64,000 nt of DNA from Camelus dromedarius (Eukaryota). The position numbers and the translations under genes are program-made. This document shows, piece after piece, positions 50,917 through 63,965 of this stretch. Each line of letters starts with the position of its first letter. Within the stretch, counting starts at the first letter, position 1. The notes under the pieces are model-generated. The model saw only the letters and a list, made by a program, of their open reading frames with translations, had not been told where the DNA came from and ran no database searches. The stretch is taken from assembly GCF_036321535.1 (NCBI RefSeq), contig NC_087437.1, positions 56,484,001-56,548,000 of the forward strand, given 5' to 3'.

Positions 50917-51880
50917 TGAAGTGCCCCACCTTAGCATTGATAACGATGCGAGAGGCGCAGGCCCTTGTGGAGTGGCCACCTGACGCTGGGGTCTGCAGTG
51001 AGAGTGTGCACAGAGCTACAGCAGATCTAGGGGCTGGGGCACAGGCACTCCTGCAGCAATGGTGCCAGTCCCTTGATGCAGGCACCTGTGGACCCGGGGC
51101 CTGGAGAGTGGGCATTGGTGGAGCTACCAGTGCGCCAGGGACTGGTATATGGAAACTACCACTGTGGTGGTGCCTCCAGTGTCCTGGGCGTGGGTACTTT
51201 GTGGAGCAACTCTGAAATCAAGGTCTGGAGCACAGGTGTGTGAGAGTGAGTGTGTTTCTGCAGCCACGATCTGGAGAGCAAGTGTGCATGGAGAGGCCAC
51301 AGCTCTGGAGTTCAGGATGTGTTGGTTTTGGGGTTGAGAGCAGCTCAGTCCCATGGTGGGAAACAATGGCTCCATCCTGGGAGGGACTGCGGTATTGCCC
51401 CTTTCTCAGGGGGTCAGCACTGATAGCTGTTGGTTACTTCAGTGGTGAAAGCTGTCAATGTCCTCTGTGGGACAGGTTACTTGGGTCAGTGCTGAAAAAC
51501 ACTACTGGATTCTCCACTGTGAAAGCTGCAGGGAGTCCGTGGCTATCAGAGGGACTGTTGAGGTCCTCTATGGCAAAGTCTGCTGGGGCCCTCTATAGAG
51601 GAGAGGACCACAGTGACACCCTCTGTATGGCTGATACTGAAAGCTTCCACTCTTCTTTGTTTGTAACCATCTCAGATACCTTAGCTATTGTGATTTCGCC
51701 AGTGATCCTTTCTATGTGACTGTTCTGTTTTATGTGCTGCTGTGTTGCTGAACATTCTTAATTGAACTCTTGAAACTTCCCAAGGTTTTTTTCATGTGAA
51801 TAACTATCTAATTGTCTTTGTGTGTGTGAAGGGGTGAAGGTTGGTATCGCTTACTCCACCATCTTGCTACAATCACCACT
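50917..51880 (-). mobile_element. Inverted L1 5'UTR (GC-rich, CpG-decayed)
   Basis: GC-rich island with abundant TG/CA. It is continuous with the right arm, which carries the L1 start motif on the minus strand (cttactccaccatcttg, ~51850-51866). Confidence 0.7.
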
Positions 51881-51916
51881 CTTTACTCTATCATCAATTA
51901 TTGTGATTATTTGACT
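51707..51916 (-). repeat. Right arm of the ~210-bp inverted repeat
   Basis: Reverse complement of 50706-50916. Confidence 0.95.
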
Positions 51917-51924
51917 CACTTCTG

Positions 51925-54395
51925 CTTTAATACACATAGGCTGAAAGTAAAGAGATAGAAAAAGGTATTCCATGGAAACAATAACCAAAAAAGAGCAGAA
52001 ATGGATATACTTATATGAGACAAAATGAACTTTAAGTTAAAAATTGTCACAACAGACAAAGAAAGTCATTATAAAATGATAAAAGTCAATTTAACAGAAT
52101 GATACAACAATTGTAAATATAAATGCACCCAACATTGAAGCACATAATACATAAAGCAAATATTAACAGAACTGAAGGTAGAAATAGATAGCAGTACAAT
52201 AATAGTAGGAGAGTTTAATAACACAATTTCAACAATGAATGTACCTATCCATACAGAAAATCAATTTAAAAAAACACTGGACTTGAACTAGCTAACGGCC
52301 ATATACAGGACATTCCTTCCAACAATAGCAGAATATACATTTTTCTCAAGTGTTCATGGAACATTCTCCAGGATAGATCATGTGTTGGACTATGAAACAA
52401 GTCTTTTAAAATTTAAGAATGCTGAAATCATATCAAGTATCTTTTACAACCACAATGGTATGAAACTAGAAATTAGTAACAGAAGGAAACCAGGAAAGTT
52501 CACAAATATGTGGAAATGCCCAATGCATTCCTGAACAACCATTTTGTGAAAGAAAAAATCAGCATAGAAATCAGAAACTCTCTTGAAACAAACGTAAATG
52601 GAAACACAATGCACCAAAACTTATGATGTGCAGCAAAAGTAGTTCTAAGAGGGAATTTTATAGCTGTAAACAAAGAAAAAAAGAAAAATTTCAAATAAAC
52701 AACCTAACTTTACACATCAAGGAACTAGAAAAATAGGAAAAACATAAAGCTAAAGTCAGCAAAAGGAAGGAAATAACAAAGGTCAGATCCAAAAGAAATG
52801 AGATATAAATTAAAATAACAATAGAAAAGATTAATGGAACTAAGAGTTGGTTTTTAAAAAGATAAACAAAATTGACAAACCATTAGGTAGACTAACCAAG
52901 AGAAAATGAGAGAATAATAAAATTAAATAAGAAATGAAAGATGAGACATTACAACTGATATCACAGGAATACAAAGGGTCATAAGAGACTACTATGAACA
53001 GTTATACATCAACAAATTAGATAACATAGATGTAATGGATAAATTCCCAGAAACATATACCCACTGAGCCTGAATCATAAAAAAAAAAAAAAGTATAAAC
53101 AGACCAATAACAAACAAAAAGATTGAATCAGTAATCAGAAGATCTCCTAACAGAGAAAAGACCAGGACCAGATGTTTTCATTGGTAGAATGAAGAATTAA
53201 ACTTACAGAAGAATTAATATCAATCCTTTCTCAAGCCCTTCCAGAAGAAAAAATATAAGAGGACAGAACACTTACAAACACATTTATGAGGCATGCATTA
53301 CCTTATACAAAAGCCAGACAAGGATATTACAAGAAAACAAAATTACAGGCCGATACTCCTGATGAACATGGAAACAAAAATCCTCAACAAAATTCTAGCA
53401 AACTGAATTCAACAGCACATTAACCATGACTAATTGGGACTTATCTCTGGGATGCAAGGATGGTTCAACATCTGCAAATCAATAAATGTGACACAGTACA
53501 TTAAAACAAAGGATGAAATTCATATTATCATCTCAATAGAGAGAGAAAAAAGCATTTGACAAAATTCAGTATCATTTTTTTGATTAAAAACTCTCAACAA
53601 ATTAAGTGTAGAAGGAATGTACTCAACATAAAAATGTTATATATAAACTATCCAAAAAGGAAATTCTAAAAATCCCATTTACAATAGCATCAGAAAGAGG
53701 AAAATACTAAGGAATAAATTTAACCAAGGAAATAAAAGATCTGTACACTGAAATCTATAAGAAAGATATCAATGAAAGAAATACAAGACAAAACAAGTAA
53801 GTGCATAGATATTACATATGCATACATTAGAAGAGTTAATATTGTTGAAATGTCTATAACTACCCAAATTAATTTAAAGATTGAATGCAATTCCTATCAG
53901 AACTTCAAAGCTATCTTTTACAGAAACAAATAAAAAAATAATATGGAACCACAAAAGAGTTCCCATAGGAAAGCAATCTTCAGCAAGAAGAATGAATCTG
54001 GAGACATCACCCTTTCTGATTTCAAATTATATATAAAACTATAGTAATCAAAATAGTGTGGGACTTACATAAAAAACAAACCAACCAGTGGAACAGAATA
54101 GAGAGCCTAAAATTAAATCTATGCATATGTGATCAACTATTATTTGACAAGGGAGCCAATAATATACAGTAGGAATAGGGCAGTCTCTTTAATAAATGGT
54201 TTTGTGAAAACTGGATATCCACATTTTAAAGAATGAAATTGGATCCTTATCTTCCACCACACATAAACTTGACTCAAAATGGGTTAAACACTTAAATATA
54301 ACACCAGAAACTACAAAACTATAGGGAAAAAGCTCCCTGATACTGATCTTGGCAATGATATATATATATTTTTGATGTGACACTAAAAGCTCAGG
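51925..54395 (+). mobile_element. Decayed L1 ORF2 (endonuclease to RT/post-RT), with an internal deletion and 3' truncation
   Basis: Recognisable motifs: atataaatgcacccaac (IYAPN-like), ggaacattctccaggatagatcat (GTFSRIDH), gggatgcaaggatggttcaac (GMQGWFN), aaagcatttgacaaaattcag (KAFDKIQ), cagtggaacagaatagagagc (QWNRIES). Many stops and frameshifts. Confidence 0.93.
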
Positions 54396-55328
54396 GAAAT
54401 CTTTCCTGAAAACACAATAAATAAAACAAAGAAAATTCACCTTGGTTGAATTAGAGAAAGTTACCAGAGCCCGAGTCACTCAGCCCTCTCTCCACTATCC
54501 TCACCTTTTCGAATAAACTCTTTGAAGTTATAACCTCAGAATCTATTTTGAAATGACTGCATTATATGATTTCTAAGATCGCTTCAATTTTTGGTATTCA
54601 CGAGTCTGAGACCAATGTCTGTCTGACCTTGTATCTTTTAGCTGGTCAGGCTTATAGCGTGTGGTACACATGCCAAATTTCCCAGTCCCCTGGATCCTCT
54701 TCATGTGGTGTCCAACCTAGTCCACTGGTTCTCCAGTGTCCCCTACTGAAACCCTCCACAAAAGGCTGTTTCAGCTTTCTTAAGTGGGAATTACAGGAGG
54801 AATAAAGAACCTTAAGCCCCAGATTTCTCCCAGGACTTGGGCTTAGACTCTTCCTCTGGTCCTGGATACCAGACTGGGCTAGAAAACCCCGCTAACTTTT
54901 TCCTTGGGGACCCATCTCAACCACTGCCTTACATAGCCAGTTAAAGGCAGGGCTGGCCCTAGCTCTCTGGCAAAGAAAATTCAGACTAAAATCTTTGACC
55001 AAAAAATTACTTCTCTTAGGCATGCTTTTTGGGGTTTTTTTGTTTATTTGTTTTATCATAACAAGGAAGAAAGTCTTAGCTTAATTTCTGACATACACAG
55101 TATATTTGTGTGTGACAAATTGTAGTATTTCAGAGTTGTAGGAGAATTTGGGGGAAACTGAGTAATCTCCAAAATCTGGCAGGCTTCCACCTTCACTGAG
55201 ATGAATCTACTAGAATTATCAAAAAACAGCCAAAATGAAGAATTCAGAACAGGAAGTTCACATCATATGTGTTACCCTGTTTCTTTCTGACACAAGTTGT
55301 GTGAAAAACACCTTGAAACAGTTTTATC

Positions 55329-55344
55329 TAGCTCCACCTGGTGG
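55329..55344 (-). promoter_or_regulatory. Candidate CTCF binding site
   Basis: The minus strand reads CCACCAGGTGGAGCTA, versus core consensus CCASYAGRKGGCRSYA (one mismatch). It lies in apparently non-repetitive DNA. Motif evidence only. Confidence 0.5.
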
Positions 55345-57999
55345 TGGATGCCTGAAACATAAGACCACCTAGTAGCTCTTCACCAACTTTGTTTTTCACG
55401 TTGCTGTGGACCTCCTTGCATGCCCTAAATGAAAATTAACTCCAAAATTGAATTGCAATTCTTTTGCGTGTGGATACTCCTAGAAAAATGTCAGACATTA
55501 CAGGTGTTCATTGTAACGACAAAACGTATCACAACAAAAAAAATAAAGTTTGAAAAACATTTCTCAGGACATTCTTGATATGCATAACAAACATTTTTAA
55601 AGCATGAAGAGCAGCTGCCTCTACAGAAGTAATCTGAAACAATAAATGTTAGTCATTAACTAATATTCTTTTATTCATGAGACAAATTTTGAAATGCCTT
55701 ATATGATTTTTTTCTGTAAGCAAAGATGATGACATACACATTTTAAAAAGGGAATGACTTTATAGTTTTGTTTATAATTGAAAAATGTAGCTGCAGTGTA
55801 GACAATGAAGTGGGATGAGGCGTGAGGAGGTATATGGAACTGGATGACAGAAGGAATTTGTGACCAAAGACTTTTAGGTAAAAGATTCTAAGAAAAAAAC
55901 TTAAGCTAAGGCTGTATCAGTAAAGATGGAGAGAACTCAGATTCTAGCGATGTTTCCAAAATAGAACTAACAGGATTTGATCATTGAGTTAACATAAATG
56001 GCAAAGAGTGGGGACAGCTGAAGATGCAAGCTTCAGGTCCTTGGACCCATGGGATTTTCCACTAAATTTCAAACCATGCCACTACATTCCCTCAGTTGTC
56101 CATCTCAGTGTCTTTCTTCCTTGAAACCATCATGAAATTCATATCTCATTTGGGTCAGAATGAAAGAAGGTGAGGTTTATGGATGATTCTGCATGATCAT
56201 TTAGCCTAAGAAACCAGGACATTTAGAGTGACTTAAATCAAATGTTAAGACAGGCTATGAAACCACAGCTGTGAGAAAATAAGAGTGACCAAGTCTACTC
56301 TAATTTACTTACTTAATACAGTATGTTTATCTATTCATAGTATTATAGTTTATACAGCATCTTCTGTACCAGTCACTACACGAAACACCTGAAATTTAAG
56401 TAAAATTAAGAGGAAATCTTTGCTGTCAGTAATTTTACTGTCTGGTGCTGAAACAGGCAAGTAAGCAGGTGATTCTAAGACAGAGGGATAAGTGTAAGTT
56501 TTATAAAATGGAAGAGGTTATTCATGGTGTCATAAGAGGACGAAGGAGGAGGCAAAGCACAGACTTGGAAAGTTCAGGAAGCCTGCCTATTAAGGGTTAT
56601 ATCTAAAGTAAAACTTTGAGAATGAGTAAGCAACCCTGATGGAAATAATAAATGAGAATAACTTAGGTGAAGGAGACCCAGAGAGTTATGAGTAGCTAAT
56701 TATGCCTGAAACATTAAAAATAAAAAAAAGAAAGAAAGAAAAGTATATTTGGAGAAAGGAGCATGGAAAGAGATAAACTTTCAGAAATAAACAGAGGCTA
56801 GGTCATGTCCAATATGCATTTATCCTGAGTTCATAAAGGAGAAAGGGTGTTCCTCCACTCCTAGCCCCTCCCTGGCTTATTGTTAAGGGGTAAGACATGG
56901 GTCTTAGCATTTAAATAACGACATTTTTGCTAGCTTATGTGGGTCAATTTTCACCTTTTGGGTTTCCTCAAACCAAAAGCTTCAACCTCAGCAATGTGTC
57001 CCTTATGGAAGAGGATATTTTGCTACAACAGGATTATGCTCTGCTTTAGCCATGCATAAGCCCCCAGTATGCGTGTAGTCTTCTAGGAGGCATTGTAGGT
57101 CCAGCCAGAAAAGAGAATCACAGGACGGTGTTTTGTTTTTGAGGTGTGACTAATCCACAGCCTTCTCAATTTCAACTAGTGTGTTTCCTGCAAATTAGTT
57201 TTAAATATTTTTCCAAGCCAAGGACTGCCTCTCAAAATGTAACTTCCCAACTTAAGCTTGCCTGGGAAGGTTCTGCAAAAGCTTCTATTAAACCTAAAAT
57301 AAGTGATGGATTACAAAGTCATCTTTGGGCTGGGGTTCAAGAAACAGAAAGTGTGGAATAGATTACCACCATCACAAAAAAATAATGATACTACGCAAAG
57401 GGATTTGGAGGCTGAGATAAATGATATACAAATAATAGAATTTTAGGGAAAAGATCGTCTAGGGGAATAATGCCTCTGTATCACCTATCTTGTTTGGGAT
57501 ACTTTACCTGAGGGGTGAGAAGCATGGAAAGGGTTACAGAGATCCACTTTCTAAGCCGAGAACAGATTTGCCAACCAAGATGGACATTTAAGGGAAATAA
57601 TGCCAAATGATGTGAATCTGTAAGTACATATGCAGAGGAGGCAGGCACGTGAAATACACCTGCTTGACCATGCTAAGAAGTCCAAAGTGTGCTAACACGT
57701 TCAAACTTTATTCAGGTGGCACTGAGGGACATCACAGTGTTTTAAGCAGAGAAATAGCATGGTTATATTATAGAAACATCAGCAAGCTCTAACGTGTAGC
57801 ATAATCTGGGAGAAGTATACCGAAGAGAAGAAGGCATGTTAGAAGTGTGTGCAACCATCTAGGCAAGAGATGGTGATCGATCTAGCCTGTTAAGACCGTG
57901 GATGTTGAGATGTGGCTGGATTCAAGAGATTTAAGGACATAGGAGCAACAAAACTTGGAAATAGATTGGAGATATCTGTGGTGATGAACAAAGGTTTAG

Positions 58000-58420
58000 A
58001 GAAGATTGTCTTGCCTCAAAATTTATTGGGAACACAGGCTACTGCTTGCCTGAGGATCTTTTTTTTTTTTTTCCCTGACTGTGGGAACACACCTGGCTCA
58101 ACACTCAGAGGAAACTGGACCTGTCACAGTTATTTTCCCAGAAACAGCGACAGTTGCCCTCAACCCATGATGTATGGGGAAATGACATCTCAATACTCCA
58201 GTTTCCTCTCGCTCAGAAATGTGCCCATGAACTCTGTTCTCCTAGGGTTCTAGAGTTTCTGGGATTTAGCTCCAGTTGTCCACAATGGTAAGTGGCTTCA
58301 TAATGCACCTTCAGTTGGTATCCTTCCATTTCCTGTTTTACTTCCCCACATCTCTGCGTTTCCCAGGGTCACTTGAATGTTTGCCTCTCTGCGTCTGTTT
58401 TAGGGGAAATACAAATCACC
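58000..58420 (+). mobile_element. ERV-L class solo LTR (LTR16A-like)
   Basis: gggatttagctccagttgtccacaatggtaagtggcttcataatgcacctt...gtctgttttaggggaaatac. Confidence 0.65.
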
Positions 58421-58754
58421 TTTCACTGGAAAGTGATTTATATTAGGATGGAAATGAATAGTTCAAATTTTGGGAAATGTGAGTCTAAGATACTCAATTC
58501 AAATTCAGTTCTAGTTTAATCGAGTTCTTAGGGCTTTCCTAGGGTCATACCACAAGCCTGTTCTCAGAATCCCAGTTTTTGAGGCTTTGATTTAAGATCT
58601 GGTCATTTTTCTTTGCTAATTGCTACTTTTAGAAATCTACTCCATTCTTTCATTGTATCCTGGATCAGTTCTGGATTATGTTACCTATTCTGGATGAAAT
58701 TTAATTGGATTGTATAAATTGCATTAAAGAATATTTTCTTTAGTGAATGGAAGT

Positions 58755-58870
58755 TAACTAGATGTATTGTGGTGATCATTTTATAATATATACATATATC
58801 TAATCATTGTGTTATATACCTGAAACTAATGTAGTGTTTTATGTCAATTATGTCTCAATTTTAAAAAAAA
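58755..58870 (+). mobile_element. L1MA/MB-type 3' tail
   Basis: tgtggtgatcatttt...tatatacctgaaactaat...tatgtcaattatgtctcaattttaaaaaaaa. Confidence 0.75.
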
Positions 58871-59202
58871 CGCTGAAACATATATAGAATTATTTTGTTA
58901 CTGTGTTTGTATAAAATATGAGCATCTTATATACACATCTCTTTTTCTTGCTTATGTAACCCTTTACATGAGCTAGCTCCAAGTCAACATTTTTAATAGT
59001 TGTGTAATATTCCATGGCATGAATACAAGCATGATTTGCCCACCCATTTCCCTATTAGGGAGCATTCTCTTGGTTTTTCAGTGTTCTCTTGTTTTGTTTG
59101 ACAACTATAACTTATGCTACAAAAAATGTTCTTGTACATATCCAGAAAAGAATATTTTTGATATCTCTTTTACTTTTTTATTTCATTTCTATAGGATAAA
59201 AT

Positions 59203-59590
59203 ATGTTGCAATGGACTGAATATATAATTCATATATTGAAGCCTTACCTTCCAGTGTGACTGTATTTGGAGAAAGAACCTTCAGAGAAGTAATTAGGGAT
59301 AAGTGAGGTCATAGAGTGAGGCCCTAATCCCAGAGGATGCTGTTCTTTTAAGAAAAGGAGGAGTCTCACTGGATACTTCTCTGTCCTCCTCTCTCTCCAT
59401 ATGCTCAGAGAAGAGCGGTCACCTGAGCACACAGGGAGAAAGTGGCAGTCTACAAGCCAGGAGACGGAACCAGTCAGCACCTTGATCTGGGGCTTCTAGC
59501 CTTCCCCCAAACTGTGAGAAAATAAATTCCTGTTGTTTAAGCCACCTAGTCTGTGATATTTTGTTGTGGCAGCCTGAGCTAACTAATGTA
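59203..59590 (+). mobile_element. MaLR LTR (MLT1A/B-like)
   Basis: gtgtgactgtatttggaga...tgaggtcatagagtgaggccctaatcc...aactgtgagaaaataaattcctgttgtttaagccacctagtctgtgatattttg. Confidence 0.85.
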
Positions 59591-62500
59591 TGTGGGTACA
59601 TTAAATTTTAAAAAATATCCTTATTGCTTATTTCCAAATTTCTGTATCTTCTTTCCTTATAAGATTGGTGTGATCAAACGTGTGTGTGTGTGTGTGTATA
59701 TACACACATGTATGTATGTATAAAATCTGGCAATATACATGCATTCCTTACATTTCTTGATTATTGTTACACTCTCTACCTTATTTATTCTTGTTTTTAA
59801 GTAAAAACAACCATCTCTTTTGAAAATTAAATTGAACCTTTTGTTGCGCTCTTGTTCCTTTCCATTCTTCCCTGGCCTTAGTCCCATTCCCCCTCCCCAG
59901 TTTCTTCTTGCCACAGACCCCTTTCCCGTGGGGTAGACAGAGCTTCACAAGCTAATCCTTATTATTCCCCATAAAGGGTAGTCAAACAGACCATCTATTG
60001 AGATTCCCGCCAGATCAATTGACAATTGATTCAACTTGGTCACTAGGCAACATATTTTAGGAAAAGAATGTGGTGAATACTATGTTTGCATTTATTCTCC
60101 AGGAATAAAATTTTCTTCAAATAATCTTCCTCTTTGTTCTAGGATCCATACAAGCTTAAAATAGCATTTGCACTGTCTGCCTTGGTTTGCCCGATATGCC
60201 ATAAATTCTTTCTAAGCCTCTAAATCTGTATCAAGATCACATTGAAATAGGATACCAATTTAAATGTTTAGAAATAATGTCAAGGAAGAAAGAATGTTTG
60301 AAAAAAATATCAAGAAAAATACCTTGCCGGGAGAACCAAATTTAAAAAGAAAGGAAAAATAACTGGTGAAAGCTAAAATACCCTGGCAGTGGTTTCCTCA
60401 TACCTCTTAGTTCTTATTCTCACAGTCCATTGGCTAGCTGAGGCTCTTTTTCTCACAGTGGCCACTGGAGGGCATTGCCAGTCAGCAGTGAAGGAGGTAA
60501 CTAGCAAACCCTTGCCTTGGGGAAAGTTAAGGAACAAAGGTGAGATGTGGCAATGGGGTCAGACATCACCAGGGCAAACTAAGCCATAACTACGTGTCTC
60601 AAGGCAAGATTTTGCTGGAACTAAGACTGAAGTTTTAAAAAGAGCTGTTAAAATGTGATGGGTGGTGGGTGTTTGCCCTGGATTTTATTCTCAGCCCTCT
60701 CACTGTTAACACAGAGGTTGTCATTGACCATGGTGTTATGGCTGCTTGTGACACATATCATGTCATCAGGATGTTACCTAATGGTTTAATATAAATTGAG
60801 CTTCTGAAAATCAAAACCTAGTTTGATGATAGGTGATTTCACCATTAAAAGATGGCATAGCAGGTTTTTCCAAAATGGGAAATGTTCCTTTAGAAAAGCA
60901 AAATATTATTTTTATATATGAACACACCTACAAATTCCTTATTACGTTGATTTAAAGAGTGACGTATTGCTAAGGTACTTGAGACTCGATTCACGAGACT
61001 GACATACTGCCCAATTAGACCATGACAAAGCATAAGTCAAATTTTCAAATTTCCAAGCAGTCATTCAGCATATCCACAGATTCTACTTATGGGTCACTGG
61101 TGCTTCCTCCGAGCACCTGGAAGCTGTGCCTCTGTGAAAGCTTGCACTGTATTAATTTTCAATTCTATCCATTTGTTATATGCATTGGAATGCTCAGGTT
61201 TCAGGCCTGGGGGTGGTATTTTTGAATTTACGTTAGTGTGCATGTGTGTGGATTACAGCTCAGTGGCAGGTATTGGTTTCACATTGAGCGTGGCCAAATG
61301 GGTAATGCGTTCATTTGCCTGAATTACAAGGGCATCAAGGAGATGTTCAAACCTCATGTTTCTGGGGAAAATTTCATTTGGCTTTCACTGCTCTGCTTTG
61401 CTGGATTGTCTCTGGCATCAAAGCCTGCTCCTCCTCAGTGTCCTTTCCTCTCCTCTCCTCTCTGATGTCAGAACAGCCGCATGCCCAGGGGACAGACATT
61501 GTCCCCACTTCCTTCTGAGTCTGCCTCATTTCCTTGGTGATCTTCTCTAGCTTTATGACTTTTAAAACCACCTGTAGGCTAGCAATTGCTAACTTTATAC
61601 CTTCAGGCTGTATCTCCAGCATAAACTCCAAATTCCTAGAACCAAATGCCTTCGTGACATGTCCACTCAGATGTCTAATAGCTACCTCAAGCTTAACATG
61701 CCCAGAACTAGACTGTTGATCTCTCCAAAATTTATTTTTCCCATCTCAGTTTAAAGCAACTTCCAGTTCCTCAGGTGAAAAAGACAAGAGTCACCTCGTC
61801 CCTCTCTATCATACCTTGTATCAAATCCATAATTTATATGTATAAAGAGATTTATGGCTTACAAATGTCTTCGAGGATGATCATTTCATCTGGTTCTCAG
61901 CCTCCTTCCCCTAGATAGGTAAAAATAAGGTAAAGAGACTGGTTCTCTAGAAGGTTAGGTGATTTATTCTGAATTTTAAGCATACATCTTCAGATTTTTA
62001 AGTCCCAGGAATTTTTAAATACTCGTAGAACTAGTACTGAACACTGAAAATTTTCCACTGGTCTGCTGCAAAATGAGAAAAGAACAATGAAGTAAATGTT
62101 TCACAAAGTTAAAAGATTTTCATTTAAAGAAGTGTTTTTTATTCTTAGGTGTATTCTTTGCAATATTTGATGTCATAATGTCCTTTATTTTATAGCAACA
62201 GAGATAGTATTCATAAGTGTCTTAAGTGGGTAAAATAAAAAGTTAATTCCTATTCGAAAACTACCATGATCTATAATATGCAAAATCTGGAAATCACTGA
62301 TCTGTATTCTTATGTCTCAGGTAAGAAAACTTGAGGACCAGGTTGCATTCTCACTAACTTGTTTTTCTCCTGGTCTGTACTGGACTTTAGATACCACTTA
62401 TTGTTATGTTTATTTAAAGCAAATTAACAAGTCTAAAGTGGAAAGAGCTACATGGGCATCTTCTGTATGTGTGCCTCATGTATGATGCTCCATTCTGGCT

Positions 62501-62809
62501 CTCTGTTTATATTCAGGCATTGAAATGATAATAACTTTGCAAGTGCAAGAAAATCCATATTATTTTGTTAAAATGAAGTTGGTATTCGCATCACTGAAAA
62601 GTTCAAAGGCAATGATGGTTTCACTTAGAAAAGTTATTGCTGATTCCTGTAAAAATGCTGCTGAGTATATGAATTTATTTATGCTTCCTTCCAAATCCTA
62701 CTGAAAATGATGTAACCGATATAAAAATAGATTCATAGCAGTATGAGTAATTGGCGAAAAATACCACCAGCTGACCAGAGCAGTGAAGAGTTTCTGGAAT
62801 ATAAAGAGT

Positions 62810-63450
62810 AGATTCATTCACTTTTTCAATAACTATCTATTAAAGGCATATGACAGGCTCTCTTCTAGGTGATGGGAATACTGCAGGGAACAAGAGGTTA
62901 AATGTCTTTGTTCTCATGGAGCTTATACTGTTGAAAGGGATATCGCATTTAAATGCATATATATGTATTTATTATTACATTATATGCATACATATGTATA
63001 TCACATTGTGATAAATGCAATGCAAATTATTAAGATAAGTAATGTGAAAGAAAAATTACTGGGCAGTTGTTCTAATGTGGATCATTATGGAAGACCCCTT
63101 TGAGACGCGGATGTTTTAGTTGAGAGCTGACCAAGACGGAACCAACTGCTTAAAGATCTGGGGGAAAATTTTCCTAGAGAACAGAAGAGCTAGCACAAAG
63201 ACCCTGACGTGTGAACAATCTTAGAATGCTTGAGGGTCTGAAGGAAGGCAAATGGGTGATAGTTAAGAGAGTGAGTCATAGACAGAAGCAGAGGTCAGAT
63301 CAGGTAAGTTTTTGTAAACTAGAGAGGACTTTGGATTTTAATCTAAATAGGATGAAAAGCCAATTGGAGAATTGTAGGCAGGTGAGGAGCATGATGTGAA
63401 GGATGCTTTTAAAAGACTGCTGGGATTAAGTTTTGGAAAATGGATTGTAG
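62810..63450 (-). mobile_element. L2 fragment
   Basis: ttcattcactttttcaataact...ttgttctcatggagcttatact...ggactttggattttaatctaa. Confidence 0.7.
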
Positions 63451-63829
63451 GAAGTGATACATCAGTTTGGATGCTTGTTAATTGTGGCTCTAATTACAGA
63501 AAACCTAACCCATAATGGATATAAAAGTTTAAAAATATATCAACTCTTTTATAAGTCCATAGATAGGACATCTCCAGAATTGTACTTGTATCATGATTTT
63601 AGGAATAATGAAATTAGGCACAGAAAACTTAGTTAAGTGTACTCAGTCCCAAAGTTAGTGAGGAAGAGAGTGCGTATTTAAACTCAGAAATTCTGAGTTC
63701 TAATTTCCTGCTCTTCATCCTTCATCTCTAAGATAGGTTGTTTCTTTTTAAATTTCTACATAAAATGATGGGGTCCATAATAAAAAAAAAAAAAAAGCTT
63801 TTCTTTTTAAACAGAATTAATGAACGAGA

Positions 63830-63965
63830 GGCAGTGAGATGGAGTGGAAAGAATATTGCCCTCAGAGTCAAGACTTTGGAATTCTCTTCCCGAAAATGCC
63901 TCTACTTAATTTTGGGTGAATCATTGAATGGCTACTCCTCATCTGTAACATGCAAATTGATTTAA
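63830..63965 (+). mobile_element. MIR fragment
   Basis: gtggaaagaatattgccctcagagtcaagac...tcctcatctgtaacatg. Confidence 0.6.

Noticed and set aside
50822..51719. Cluster of 62-159 aa ORFs
   Set aside because: A by-product of the GC-rich, stop-poor L1 5'UTR, with no recognisable protein.
50706..51916. Novel DNA transposon with 210-bp terminal inverted repeats
   Set aside because: The arms carry an L1 5' start motif and abut L1 ORF2. There is no transposase and no clear TSD outside the arms.
56051..56060. Consensus NF-kB site GGGATTTTCC (near-matches at ~4690, 5811, 10788)
   Set aside because: Isolated degenerate 10-mers are expected by chance in 64 kb, and there is no clustering.
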